Assembly (NCBI GenBank): GCA_964622575.1
Contig: CAZUQW010000009.1
Location: 272-64,271 of the forward strand
Source: an uncultured Synergistaceae bacterium
GTDB lineage: Bacteria; Synergistota; Synergistia; Synergistales; Dethiosulfovibrionaceae
Length of the DNA stretch: 64,000 nucleotides
Reading direction: 5' to 3'
Positions 27,145 to 36,550 of this stretch are shown piece by piece. The position numbers were made by a program, and so were the translations under genes. Position 1 is the stretch's first letter. Each line of letters opens with the position of its first letter. The notes under the pieces were generated by a model, which worked only from the letters and a program-made list of their open reading frames with translations, made no database searches and was not told where the DNA came from.

Positions 27145-28234
27145 GGCGCAGCTCCTCCGCGAAATCGGCGGCGCCCGCGCTGGCTCCCAGCAGTTTGCCG
27201 CCGTTGTCTGTAAATGCCGCTTCAACGGCAAGATCGTCGAACATCCGGTCGCGACAGCGTCGCGCCGTCACTTCCGCCAACGTCGTCCACAGGAAATCGA
27301 GCTTTTCTTCTTTCATGATTTCCATGGCGGCCTCCGTGGTGGAACTCTCGTAAAGCCGCCGGATGATTTCCACGGGGCATCCCGCCAGTGCCGCCTGGGT
27401 GCAGAGCGCCTCGCGGCGGCCGTCGCCGGTGCGGTTGTAGGTGTCGAAGGTTCCCGCGGCCACTTTCAGCAGCTTGCCGGGATGGCCGCACAGCAGAACG
27501 CGCCTGAACTTCAGCCTGACGGCCTCGTCGAGCACGTAGCCGATATAATTGCCCGTCTGCATGATACAGCGTCCCGTCAGTCCCCAGGCCTGTCTCATGG
27601 CCTTTTCGCCGGTGTTGCCGAAGGTGAGGCCGATGATTTTCGCGCCGGTCACGGCGAAGGTGTTGAGTTCCAGCGTGAAGGATTGGTAGACCGATTCAAC
27701 GTTGTAGGGCTTGACGATGCCCGTGGTGCCCAGCACCGACAGGCCGCCGACGATGCCCAGACGGGGATTGAAGGTGTGCAGCGCCTTTTCCTCGCCGCCG
27801 GGGATGGAGAGGATGACTTTCGCGCCGCGCGCGCCGATGACCTGGCGCAGCGCTTTTTCGATCATCCGGCGGGGCACGGGATTGATGGCCGGTTCTCCGA
27901 TGGGGACTTTCAGTCCCGCTCGGGTTACTGTGCCCACTCCCGCCCCTGCGGCGTACTGAATGGGACCGTGTTCGGAAGCGATTTCGACTGCAGCGGTCAC
28001 CGTCATGCCGTTGGTGACGTCGGGGTCGTCTCCGGCGTCTTTCACCACGCCGCAGGTCGGGTAGGCCAGCTCAACGATGTCCAGGCGGAGCGCCTTGCCG
28101 GAGGGCGTCGTGATTTCCACCTGGCGCGGCGTCCGGCCTTCCAGCTGTCGGAGCGCCGAAGCCTTCGCCGCTGCCGCCGCGCAGCTGCCCGTGGTAAAGC
28201 CTTCGCGCAGCGCTTCAGGGACGGACGATTCCAT
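27134..28234 (-). CDS. cbiD: Cobalt-precorrin-5B C1-methyltransferase
   Basis: LREGFTTGSCAAAAA, KDAGDDPDVT, AINPVPR, GGLSVLGTTG, GHPGKLLK. Confidence 0.95.
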   Translation of the reverse strand: MESSVPEALREGFTTGSCAAAAAKASALRQLEGRTPRQVEITTPSGKALRLDIVELAYPTCGVVKDAGDDPDVTNGMTVTAAVEIASEHGPIQYAAGAGVGTVTRAGLKVPIGEPAINPVPRRMIEKALRQVIGARGAKVILSIPGGEEKALHTFNPRLGIVGGLSVLGTTGIVKPYNVESVYQSFTLELNTFAVTGAKIIGLTFGNTGEKAMRQAWGLTGRCIMQTGNYIGYVLDEAVRLKFRRVLLCGHPGKLLKVAAGTFDTYNRTGDGRREALCTQAALAGCPVEIIRRLYESSTTEAAMEIMKEEKLDFLWTTLAEVTARRCRDRMFDDLAVEAAFTDNGGKLLGASAGAADFAEELRHET

Positions 28235-28847
28235 AGAGCAGGGCGTTCAGAATGGCCGACGCGACGGTGGATCCGCCCTTGCGTCCCATGGCGATGATGG
28301 ACGGAACGTCGGTGCGCGCAAGCCGTTCCTTTGATTCGACGACGTTGACAAAGCCCACGGGCACGCCCACCACCAGGGCGGGCGCGGCTTTTTTCTCGTC
28401 GATAAGCTCGCAGAGGCGGATCAGCGCCGTCGGCGCGTTGCCGATGACGTAAATGGCGCCAGGCGTCTGGCGGGCGGCCGCTTCCATGCTTACTATGGCG
28501 CGGGTGACGCCGCGGGCGCGGGCCTCTTCGGCGATGGCAGGGGCAGACATGCGGCACGTGACCGTCACGCCCAGGGCGCTGCAGGCTTTTTTGCTGATTC
28601 CCGCCGCCGCCATCATGGTGTCCGTCACGATGGGCGTTCCGCGTTTCAGTGCGGCGCGGGCGACGTTAACGACATCGGGCGAAAAGCGCAGAGTCCTCTG
28701 GAACTCGAAGTCGGCTGTAGCGTGAATGACTCGCATGACCACGGGAAGCTCTTCTTCCGTCCCTTGCCAGGGCGCCATTTCGGCGGCGATGGTCTTCATG
28801 CTTGCCAGTTCGATTTCCTCCGGTTTCATGTAAATCACCTCGTTCAT
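28215..28847 (-). CDS. cbiC: Precorrin-8X methylmutase
   Basis: RVIHATADF, VIGNAPTAL, GVPVGFV, GRKGGS. Confidence 0.95.
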   Translation of the reverse strand: MNEVIYMKPEEIELASMKTIAAEMAPWQGTEEELPVVMRVIHATADFEFQRTLRFSPDVVNVARAALKRGTPIVTDTMMAAAGISKKACSALGVTVTCRMSAPAIAEEARARGVTRAIVSMEAAARQTPGAIYVIGNAPTALIRLCELIDEKKAAPALVVGVPVGFVNVVESKERLARTDVPSIIAMGRKGGSTVASAILNALLYGIVRP

Positions 28848-28853
28848 GAAGTT

Positions 28854-29759
28854 CTAAAAGCAGAGCGGCAGCGCTGCCAGCGCCAAAGTCAGCAGCGCCG
28901 ACGCCGCGGAGATGACCACGTTCCACGTCAGCATGGAACGGGCGGCCGATCCGGGAAAAAGGCCGAAATAGTGGCCCGAGTTGGTGCGCACCAGCCGTGT
29001 GACCACGCTGAGGCTGTTGCCGAAGATCAGGGCGAAAACCGCCTGCGCGGTCGTCAGCTCTCCGGCGGCGAGGCTGCCGCCCGCCAGGGCCAGAGCAGCG
29101 GAAACATGGGCAAAGGAGGCAGCGGCCACGGCCAGCGCCGGCAGAGGAAAGAAGGCGCTTCCCTTCAGCCAGCTTTGCAGCCAGTTTTCGGCAGCAGGCA
29201 CCAGAAGAAAGGCCAGCGCGTAGAACAGCCATGCCAGCGGCAACGTTTTCAGAAGCCGTCGCGCGAATTTCACGACCGACTCCCTGGGGAGCCCCTGCTT
29301 GGTACCTTCGAAGGGAAGGTCGTCCTGCTCGCCTCGCTTGAGAGCGTACAGCGAAACGGCGAATTTCAAGGCCGAGCGCAGCAGCAGAGCGCAGGCGAAA
29401 ATTCCGCCCGCCGTTCCCGCCAGGCTGCAGGCCATGACCAGAGTGGTGGTCCAGCGGCGCAGGTAGGCCGGAAAGGCCAGCGCCAGCGTTCCCCAGAGCG
29501 CCGTACGCGGCGAGATCCGACGGCTGTCCAGCGCCGAGGCGATAATGGCTGCTCCCGCTTTCGCCGACCCCACGCTGACGGCCAGAGCCGAACCCAGCGT
29601 GGCGCCGATGCCCCAGCGGCGCAGGCGGGGAAGAACACGGCGCATCAGGCGGTCGGCGAGACCCGTAGAGATGATGGCGGCGCCGACGACGAAGCCGATG
29701 AAGATGTCCACCGTTAATGTGGCGCCGCCGCGAAGGAGCTGAGACCAGTTTACTTCCAC
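28854..29759 (-). CDS. Uncharacterised polytopic membrane protein (possibly Gate/nucleoside-recognition-like)
   Basis: Multiple hydrophobic segments; start overlaps cbiL and stop lies 6 nt before cbiC. Confidence 0.65.
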   Translation of the reverse strand: MEVNWSQLLRGGATLTVDIFIGFVVGAAIISTGLADRLMRRVLPRLRRWGIGATLGSALAVSVGSAKAGAAIIASALDSRRISPRTALWGTLALAFPAYLRRWTTTLVMACSLAGTAGGIFACALLLRSALKFAVSLYALKRGEQDDLPFEGTKQGLPRESVVKFARRLLKTLPLAWLFYALAFLLVPAAENWLQSWLKGSAFFPLPALAVAAASFAHVSAALALAGGSLAAGELTTAQAVFALIFGNSLSVVTRLVRTNSGHYFGLFPGSAARSMLTWNVVISAASALLTLALAALPLCF

Positions 29760-30448
29760 AGCAGCAGAATGGAAAGGTACTCCTCGGCAGGCTCAAGCGC
29801 CGCGAAGCCTTGGAGGATCCTTTCGTCGGGCAGGCCGGCGCGGTCGATGCGGAGCGTTTTTTTCCACGGCCCCGCCGCCTCGACAGTCTCTCTCAGCGCA
29901 CCGCGCAGGGCGCTGGGCTTGTAAAGGGCGGCGGAGTTCGCCGCTTTCAGCGCTTCGATGATGCGGTCCCTGTCCGCCGTTCCAGGAATGACGGAGAAAA
30001 TCTCTTCGCCCATGGCAAGGAAGGAATGGGCGCGCGAGGCGGCGAAGTTGTGGGCCGAAATGCCGGCAATCAGGCAAAGCTCCAGGCTCGGCTCCATCTC
30101 CTTCCACAGCTCGTAAAGGTAGAACCCCGTGGCGTACAGAGTGGAGTCCCCGATCACGGGAAGAACGACGCTTCCGGCGCCTTGCCACTGCGGCCTTATG
30201 GCGTTCAGCTGTTCTCGCAGCCGCACGTCGCGTTGCTGTGCGTTGCCCGTCATGGGAAAGATCAGCGGAACGGTCTTCAGATCGGGAAGGTGGGTTTTGA
30301 CGATCTGACCGGCCACTGAGGCGCGTTCGGCGTGGGAATGAGGAACGAGCACCAGATCGGCACTTTTCAGGGCTTTTAGCGCGCCGACGGTGACGAGGTC
30401 GGGATCTCCGGGGCCAACGCCTGCGATGATGAATTTCAAAAGGATCAC
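29750..30448 (-). CDS. cbiL: Precorrin-2 C20-methyltransferase
   Basis: GVGPGDPDLVT, PLIFPMT, IGDSTLYAT, IAGISA, YLSILL. Confidence 0.88.
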   Translation of the reverse strand: MILLKFIIAGVGPGDPDLVTVGALKALKSADLVLVPHSHAERASVAGQIVKTHLPDLKTVPLIFPMTGNAQQRDVRLREQLNAIRPQWQGAGSVVLPVIGDSTLYATGFYLYELWKEMEPSLELCLIAGISAHNFAASRAHSFLAMGEEIFSVIPGTADRDRIIEALKAANSAALYKPSALRGALRETVEAAGPWKKTLRIDRAGLPDERILQGFAALEPAEEYLSILLLWK

Positions 30449-31302
30449 TCTCCGTAGAAAAGTTCAATGAGTTTCATGCCGCCCTCGCGCAATCCCAGCA
30501 GCGAAGGACGGGCCAGCTGATATTCCGGCACGATGCCGACCTTGGCGGCACCCAAAGCCTGCGCCCAGGAACGGCTTTTCACGTCGTCCTCCGTCGAGGA
30601 GTTCATGGGGCCGTTTTCCACGAGGTAGACGTCGAGACCGCTGGACAGAAGCTTCATGACGCGCTCCAGCCCCCAGGGCGCGATGGAGCTGCCCCTGCGG
30701 ATCGGCATCGCCTCTGCGGCGGCGTTTTGTCCGCCGGCCAGGTCGATCAGACGGGCGGCCCATGAGTCGGGCGCGCAGGTGTGAAGCTCCTTCGACGTGG
30801 CCTCCACGAAAACCCTGGGGCGGGAGTCACCGCCGCGGCGTTTTTCGGCTTCTGAGCGGATCTCCTCGCAGACGCCATCGAAGAGCTTTATGGCCTCTTC
30901 GGGAGAAACGCCGACAAGCGGCGCCAGTTCCTTCAAGTAGTCCTTGAATCCATCCCAGGAGGGTGGGTCGATGAGCAGAGTTTTTACGCCGGCGCGCTCC
31001 AGAACGCTTTTCAGCTCGGGATTTCTCTTCTCGACGAGCGTGCGCATCAAGACGAGGTCGGGCTTCAGCGCCAGAAGCGCCTCGGCGTTGGTTTTAATGG
31101 GAAAGCGCGGAATTTCCGGAAGCCTGTGGCGTTCGTAGTTTGCCGTGGTCCCGGTGATCCTCGAGGCGCCGCCCAGGGCGATGATGTTGTCCGTATGTCC
31201 TCCGTACAGCGAGATGATCCGCTCGTAGGCGCAGGCGGGAAAAGCGATGAGTGCGGCCGCCAGAAAGGCGGCTGAAATTTTCCTCAAAATTGCGGAAGCC
31301 AT
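30445..31302 (-). CDS. ABC transporter substrate-binding protein (BtuF/FecB-like)
   Basis: Signal peptide; RIISL, EALLALKPDLV helical-backbone motifs. Confidence 0.85.
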   Translation of the reverse strand: MASAILRKISAAFLAAALIAFPACAYERIISLYGGHTDNIIALGGASRITGTTANYERHRLPEIPRFPIKTNAEALLALKPDLVLMRTLVEKRNPELKSVLERAGVKTLLIDPPSWDGFKDYLKELAPLVGVSPEEAIKLFDGVCEEIRSEAEKRRGGDSRPRVFVEATSKELHTCAPDSWAARLIDLAGGQNAAAEAMPIRRGSSIAPWGLERVMKLLSSGLDVYLVENGPMNSSTEDDVKSRSWAQALGAAKVGIVPEYQLARPSLLGLREGGMKLIELFYGE

Positions 31303-32060
31303 GCGTGATCACCTTCCGATGAAATGTAAACCGAAAAGGGTGTGTCGTAAAGGGCGCGCAGAACCGATGAATTCATGGCGCTGACCGCCCCCGAGGAGAC
31401 ACACCGTCCGTCCTTCACCGCAAAATAACAGTCGGCGCACCGCAGCGCCGTGTTGATGTCGTGAACTGCCGTGACCACCGTTTTTCCGGCTTCCGCCCAT
31501 GTGCGCATAAGACGGAAGGCGTGGGCCGCCTGACGGGGATCCATGGCCGACGTCGGCTCGTCCAAAAGCAGCACCGGCGGATCCTGCGCGGCGATCATGG
31601 CGAGAAACACCCTCTGAAGCTCGCCGCCCGAAAGCTCAGTGACCGTCCGAGCAAGCAATTCCGTGACGTCCAGAAGCTCCGCCGCGTGGCGGATCAGCTT
31701 TTCGTCCTCCTGCGAAAGGCGTCCCAGAAGTGGCTTGTAGGGGATCCGTCCGAAGCCGATGACCTCGAAAGCCGTAAAGGCCGCCTTGGCGCTGCTCCGC
31801 TGAGCCAGAATGCCCAGCAGCCGCCCCAGCTGTCGGCGTGAAATGTCCTTCAATTCGCGGCCCTCCAGCGCAGCGGAACCTTCGTAGGGCAGAATGCCCG
31901 CCAGCGCCTTGAGGAGCGTGCTTTTGCCGCTGCCGTTGGGGCCGATGAGCGCCGTCACGCAGCCCGGCTGAAAGGCACCCGAAAGCCCCTTCAGCGCGGG
32001 AACGCCGTCGTAGCCGGCAGAAAGATCGGAGAATGAAAGTGAAACGTGGGGGCGCGTCAT
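31284..32060 (-). CDS. ABC transporter ATP-binding protein (FecE/BtuD-like)
   Basis: GPNGSGKST, LSGGE, LLLDEPT, AVHD; start ATG 32060. Confidence 0.92.
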   Translation of the reverse strand: MTRPHVSLSFSDLSAGYDGVPALKGLSGAFQPGCVTALIGPNGSGKSTLLKALAGILPYEGSAALEGRELKDISRRQLGRLLGILAQRSSAKAAFTAFEVIGFGRIPYKPLLGRLSQEDEKLIRHAAELLDVTELLARTVTELSGGELQRVFLAMIAAQDPPVLLLDEPTSAMDPRQAAHAFRLMRTWAEAGKTVVTAVHDINTALRCADCYFAVKDGRCVSSGAVSAMNSSVLRALYDTPFSVYISSEGDHAWLPQF

Positions 32061-33076
32061 CTTCTTTTCACCAGAATCCAACAGAAAAAGGGGCCGCCCA
32101 ACAGGGCCGTCAAGACGCCCACGGGCAGTTCGCCGAGACGCTGCGCCGCACCGTCGGCCAGAGCCAGCAGCAGTCCCCCCGTCAGAAAGGAAAAGATCAA
32201 CAGCGGCCGGTGGGCCGGGCCGATGATCTGGCGCACCATGTGGGGCGCCACGAGGCCCACGAAGCCGATGATGCCGAAATTGCTGACAGTCAGCGCCACG
32301 CCGACGGAAGAAAGGCAGATCAGCAGAAAACGGATTCTCGCCTCGTTGATGCCCAGCAGCTCCCCTTGGCCGTCTCCGAGGGAGATGGCGTCAAGCTGGC
32401 GGCCGAGGAACCATGCGGGCAGCAGGACGACGGCAGCGCCGCACCACACCGAAAGGGCCGCCGAGGGCGAAGCGCCCGAAAAACTGCCCATGAGCCACAG
32501 TACAATGGCGCCGAGACGGTCGTCGGCCATAGCCTTCAAAAAGGTGACGCCCGCCGAAAGCACGGCGTTGGTGATAATTCCCGCGAGGACCAGATAGCTG
32601 CCGCTGCAGCCGTAGCGGCGGGCAATGAGGCTGACGATGCAGAGCGCCGCCATGGCGCCGGCGAAGGACAGCGGCGTCACGGCGAAACGCCCGACGAAAA
32701 ATCCCAGCGTGCCGCCGAAAGCCGCACCCGAGGCGATGCCCAGCGTGTAAGGTTCGGCCAGCGGATTGGCCAGCAGCCCTTGAAGGACGGCGCCCGACGC
32801 CGCGAGAAGACCGCCGGAGCCTAGGGCGGCCAGCAGCCGTGGAAGGCGCACCGACCGCACCACGAGAGCTTCGGGCAGACGGCGCTCCGCTTCGGGCAGC
32901 GCAGGCGAGAGATACTGAAAAACGAGGGAGAGTGGAATGTCCCACTCTCCCTGTGCAATCCGCCACAGCGCCGTCAGCAGCAGAGACGCCAGAAGAGCCG
33001 CGCCGAGGAGGGCAAAAAAGCGGCGGCGTTTCCGGCGGAACTTTTCAAAAACTGCGGCTTCCGACGGCTGTGACAT
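32057..33076 (-). CDS. FecCD/BtuC-family ABC permease
   Basis: VRLPRL, NPLAEPYTLG, LWLMGS, GIIGFVGLVAPH, ELPVGV. Confidence 0.92.
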   Translation of the reverse strand: MSQPSEAAVFEKFRRKRRRFFALLGAALLASLLLTALWRIAQGEWDIPLSLVFQYLSPALPEAERRLPEALVVRSVRLPRLLAALGSGGLLAASGAVLQGLLANPLAEPYTLGIASGAAFGGTLGFFVGRFAVTPLSFAGAMAALCIVSLIARRYGCSGSYLVLAGIITNAVLSAGVTFLKAMADDRLGAIVLWLMGSFSGASPSAALSVWCGAAVVLLPAWFLGRQLDAISLGDGQGELLGINEARIRFLLICLSSVGVALTVSNFGIIGFVGLVAPHMVRQIIGPAHRPLLIFSFLTGGLLLALADGAAQRLGELPVGVLTALLGGPFFCWILVKRR

Positions 33077-33078
33077 GG

Positions 33079-33966
33079 CTATTTCATCGCAGCCTTGAGG
33101 TTCTTCACGAAGTACGCCGCAAAGTCCTTGTCCTCGCCGAGGCCGTGAAGGTACGTGTCGACGGCGATGCCTTCTTGTTTAATGAGGTTCAGCCAGGATT
33201 CGGGGTCGTCTTCGCCCGCCAGGTCATTGTGGGCGTGATCGCCAGCGACAACCATGAGCGGCGAAAGCAGGGCCTTTTTGTATCCGGCCTTTTTCAAAGC
33301 GGCGATGACGTCCTCGACGAGAGGCGTGTTCTCCACAGTGCCGATGAAGAAGCGGCCGTCGGCCTTTTTGTTCAGGGCGACCTGAAGCTGGCAGTACATG
33401 GCGTTTGCCATGTGGTGCGGTGTGCCGTGTCCCATCAGCACAACGGCCGTGTCGGCGGGAACCTTGGCGAATCTCTTGATGAGAATGTCGGCCACTTCGT
33501 CGCAGGCCTCAACGCTGTACAGAGCGGCGTTGCCGAGGCGCAGGTCCTTGAAGCCGTATTTGCCCTTCAGCGAGCGGAAGGCGTGAACGACGCCCTTCAC
33601 GTCGTCGTACTCGGCGCCGGGAATGATATGCGTGGAGACGACGCAGACTTTGTTGAAGCCCTCGTCGTTCAGAGCCGCCAGTGCCTCTACGGGCGTGGGC
33701 GGAACGTTTTTCTTTCCTTCGCGCGTCAGCTTGCGGCGGATGATGTTGGACGTGAAGGCAAGGCGCACCTCAACGCCGGGGAAGGCCTTTTTCGTCGAAG
33801 CCAGCAGGTTGTCGATGGCCTTGCGGGCCGACGGAACCGACGTGCCGAAAGAAGCGATGAGAATCGCCTGTTTGTCCTGTTTTTCCTTATGGGGGGCAGC
33901 GCAGCTCATGCCGGAAAAGGTAACGGCCGTAAACGCGAGAGCCAAGAATACAGATTTAAACGTCAT
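33079..33966 (-). CDS. cbiK: Sirohydrochlorin cobaltochelatase CbiK with N-terminal signal peptide
   Basis: ILIASFGTS, AFTSNIIR, HIIPGAEY, LMGHGT, MVVAGDHAHND; hydrophobic signal MTFKSVFLALAFTAVTFSGMSCA. Confidence 0.9.
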   Translation of the reverse strand: MTFKSVFLALAFTAVTFSGMSCAAPHKEKQDKQAILIASFGTSVPSARKAIDNLLASTKKAFPGVEVRLAFTSNIIRRKLTREGKKNVPPTPVEALAALNDEGFNKVCVVSTHIIPGAEYDDVKGVVHAFRSLKGKYGFKDLRLGNAALYSVEACDEVADILIKRFAKVPADTAVVLMGHGTPHHMANAMYCQLQVALNKKADGRFFIGTVENTPLVEDVIAALKKAGYKKALLSPLMVVAGDHAHNDLAGEDDPESWLNLIKQEGIAVDTYLHGLGEDKDFAAYFVKNLKAAMK

Positions 33967-34039
33967 TGTTATTCGTTCCTTTCGTATTTTTCGGACCCCG
34001 AGGGGTCACCGAGCCTTCCGCCCGAAAAGGCGGAAAACA

Positions 34040-34069
34040 AAAAAGAGACCGGCAAATGCGCCCAGTCTC
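34040..34069 (-). terminator. Riboswitch expression-platform terminator
   Basis: Minus strand gagactgg...ccggtctc followed by tttttgtttt, between riboswitch and cbiK. Confidence 0.65.
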
Positions 34070-34134
34070 CTCCGCAACCAGCTGCTGCTCAGCTGCACAG
34101 GAGTTCGCCCACGCAAACATTCCCCCTTTTCAAG

Positions 34135-34290
34135 CTCCCGAAAGAAATATTCTGGCTTCTCTTCATCCGCGTCCGGGTCTTCCCGATCAATCGATCAGTG
34201 ACATTCTCCGGATTTGTCCGAGTTACAGCGGCGGGGCCGCGCCGGATTCGCACCGGCTTCCTTCTTAAAGGAGTTCTTTATTCATTTTTC
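34135..34290 (-). ncRNA. Cobalamin riboswitch
   Basis: Minus strand AAGGAAGCCGGTGCGAATCCGGCGCGGCCCCGCCGCTGTAA...CACTG...GGGAAG...AAGCCAGAA; promoter TTGAAG-16-TATAAT at 34293-34320. Confidence 0.93.
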
Positions 34291-34533
34291 TCATTATAGC
34301 ACGGAACGAAAGGGCTTCAACAGCCATTCTCTTTTGTTTTTTTTGCCCTTTTTATTTTTGTGAAAAATTGCGGCAAGAGGAAAAAACATGCCATTTTTCC
34401 CTCTGTGGTCGGGATAACTTTCAAGTAATACATAAACTTTGGAAGGTTGAGCATCTTGCCTGATTTTTGTCGGAATGTTACTATAAACACTGAGAGAGCT
34501 TAATTTGTGCATGGACGACGGAGGTGTTTTTCT

Positions 34534-34944
34534 GTGGAAAGCTCACTGCGCCTTGAAGTGGTGACTGAAGTCAGGACAGAAGACGTGTACGATCTCTACG
34601 TTGACGCCGGTTGGTGGGAAGAGGGCTGGAGCCTGGACGTCATTCCCGCCATGGTGAAGAATTCCTTCCGCTTCGTGGCTCTTTTCAACGGCAGGGAACT
34701 GGTGGGCATGGGACGCGCCCTTTCGGACGGCGTCAGCGATGCCTACATTCAGGATATTGTGGTGCGCACCGATTACCGCGGACAGGGGTGGGGACGGAAG
34801 ATCGTCCTCAAACTCGTCGAGGAGCTTCGCGCCGTGGGGATCGACTGGATCGGACTGATCGGCGTTCCGGGTTCGAAACCCTTTTATGAAAAGCTGGGCT
34901 TCGGCGAGATGCCCGACTTTGTTCCGATGAAATATCAGTGCTGA
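34534..34944 (+). CDS. GNAT-family N-acetyltransferase
   Basis: LVGMGRALSDG, IQDIVVRTDYRGQGWG, FYEKLGF; GTG start after GGAGGT. Confidence 0.88.
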   Translation: MESSLRLEVVTEVRTEDVYDLYVDAGWWEEGWSLDVIPAMVKNSFRFVALFNGRELVGMGRALSDGVSDAYIQDIVVRTDYRGQGWGRKIVLKLVEELRAVGIDWIGLIGVPGSKPFYEKLGFGEMPDFVPMKYQC

Positions 34945-35073
34945 CGACGTTGCGTTGGCCGAGCTTCGCATTTGAAGTGCGGCTCGCAAAAGTGTAGAAT
35001 AACCAACGATACTATTTATGCCTGAAGAAGACGCTCAGCGGTCCTTTAGGCTTTTTCGGGAGAAGACAGGACT

Positions 35074-36546
35074 ATGGCAGAACGACTTGAAGAGTTTTTG
35101 ATTGAAAAACTGAAAAAACGCAACGGCGGCAAGGATTTTTGGTGGGAGGGCCGTTGGATCGACGCGACGGAAATGCTCGAGCGCATTGAAAGCGATCGGC
35201 AGGTTCTCATAAAATCAGGATTTCAGCCTGGACAGCGTCTGATGACGCTGATGCCCAACTGCCCCGCCCTGGTGGAGCTGGCGATTGCGGTGTGGAGTCT
35301 GAGGGGAACGCTCATTCCGCTCAACATGCGTGCCGGTACCGACAACCTTTTACCAACCATCGACCTGGTGCAGCCCTTCGGAATCGTCATTGCCAGGGAC
35401 GATCTCAAGGCCGCGGCCGGCGTGGTGCGCTATCCCGTAACTCAGACCGATACCGACGGCGTCCTCGACGAGTTCCGCGGCGTAGTGCGCAAGACCACTT
35501 CCGAGGATTATGCCGTTTTCTTCACGACCTCGGGGACGACGGGCATGCCCAAGGCCGTGCCGCTGACTCATGGAAATTTTCTCGGCAATCTCGATTCGAT
35601 TTTCAAGGCCTTCCCGATGACTGAAGATGACGTCCATCTCTGGGCGCTGCCCAATTTCCATTCCTTCGGCTTTACCCTCGGTTTGCTGCTGCCTCAGGCC
35701 AGCGGCGGTCGGTGCGCCGCCGTGGGAACCTTCATGCCACCGCTTCGGGTGCTGGAGACCATAGCTGCGACAAAATGCACTCTTCTGTGGCTTGTGCCTG
35801 CCATGCTGGAATTTTTGAAGCGCTCGGCAGCCCACAATCCCATTCACATCGACAGCGTGCGCGCCGTGATCACCGGCGGCGACCGTTTGAATGCCAAGCT
35901 TGACGAGGCGAGCATGGAGGTCTTTGGCCATCCCATTCTTGAAGGTTACGGCACCACCGAGTGTTCGCCCGTAATTTCAGTCAATCGCACCGAGCAGTCC
36001 CGCAAGCTGGGCACCGTGGGCCTCATTCTTCCGGGTTACCAGTGGAAAGTCTGCGATTCCAAGGGCAACGCCTTGCCGCCCGAGACGCCGGGAGTCCTGA
36101 TGCTGAAGGGGCCTTCGGTCTTTCACGGCTACTTCGAAGCGCCGCAGGTCACAGCCGAGCGCCTGTCCGACGACGGCTGGTACAACACCTGCGACGTGGT
36201 GAAATACGACAAAGACGGCTACATCACCATTCTCGACCGCCTGAGCGACATCATCATCGTGGGCGGATTCAACGTCTATCCCCAGGAAGTGGAGCGCATC
36301 CTCAACGAGCATCCCGCAGTGGCGCAGTCGGCGGTGGTTTCCATGCACCATCTGGTCAACGGCGAAATCGCGCGTGCCTTTATCGTTCTCAAGCCCCAAG
36401 CCCACGTGACCGACCGCGACATCATCGAGTACTGCAAGGGAAAGCTGGCCAACTATAAAATCCCGCGCAAAGTGGATTTTATCGAAGCGCTGCCCGTTTC
36501 GCCTTCGGGCAAAATCCTTCGCCGTAAGCTCAGAGAACTGAAATAG
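35074..36546 (+). CDS. AMP-binding acyl-CoA synthetase (long-chain fatty acid-CoA ligase-like)
   Basis: FTTSGTTGMPK, EGYGTTE, GFNVYPQEVE, YKIPR, GKILR. Confidence 0.9.
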   Translation: MAERLEEFLIEKLKKRNGGKDFWWEGRWIDATEMLERIESDRQVLIKSGFQPGQRLMTLMPNCPALVELAIAVWSLRGTLIPLNMRAGTDNLLPTIDLVQPFGIVIARDDLKAAAGVVRYPVTQTDTDGVLDEFRGVVRKTTSEDYAVFFTTSGTTGMPKAVPLTHGNFLGNLDSIFKAFPMTEDDVHLWALPNFHSFGFTLGLLLPQASGGRCAAVGTFMPPLRVLETIAATKCTLLWLVPAMLEFLKRSAAHNPIHIDSVRAVITGGDRLNAKLDEASMEVFGHPILEGYGTTECSPVISVNRTEQSRKLGTVGLILPGYQWKVCDSKGNALPPETPGVLMLKGPSVFHGYFEAPQVTAERLSDDGWYNTCDVVKYDKDGYITILDRLSDIIIVGGFNVYPQEVERILNEHPAVAQSAVVSMHHLVNGEIARAFIVLKPQAHVTDRDIIEYCKGKLANYKIPRKVDFIEALPVSPSGKILRRKLRELK

Positions 36547-36550
36547 CGCG

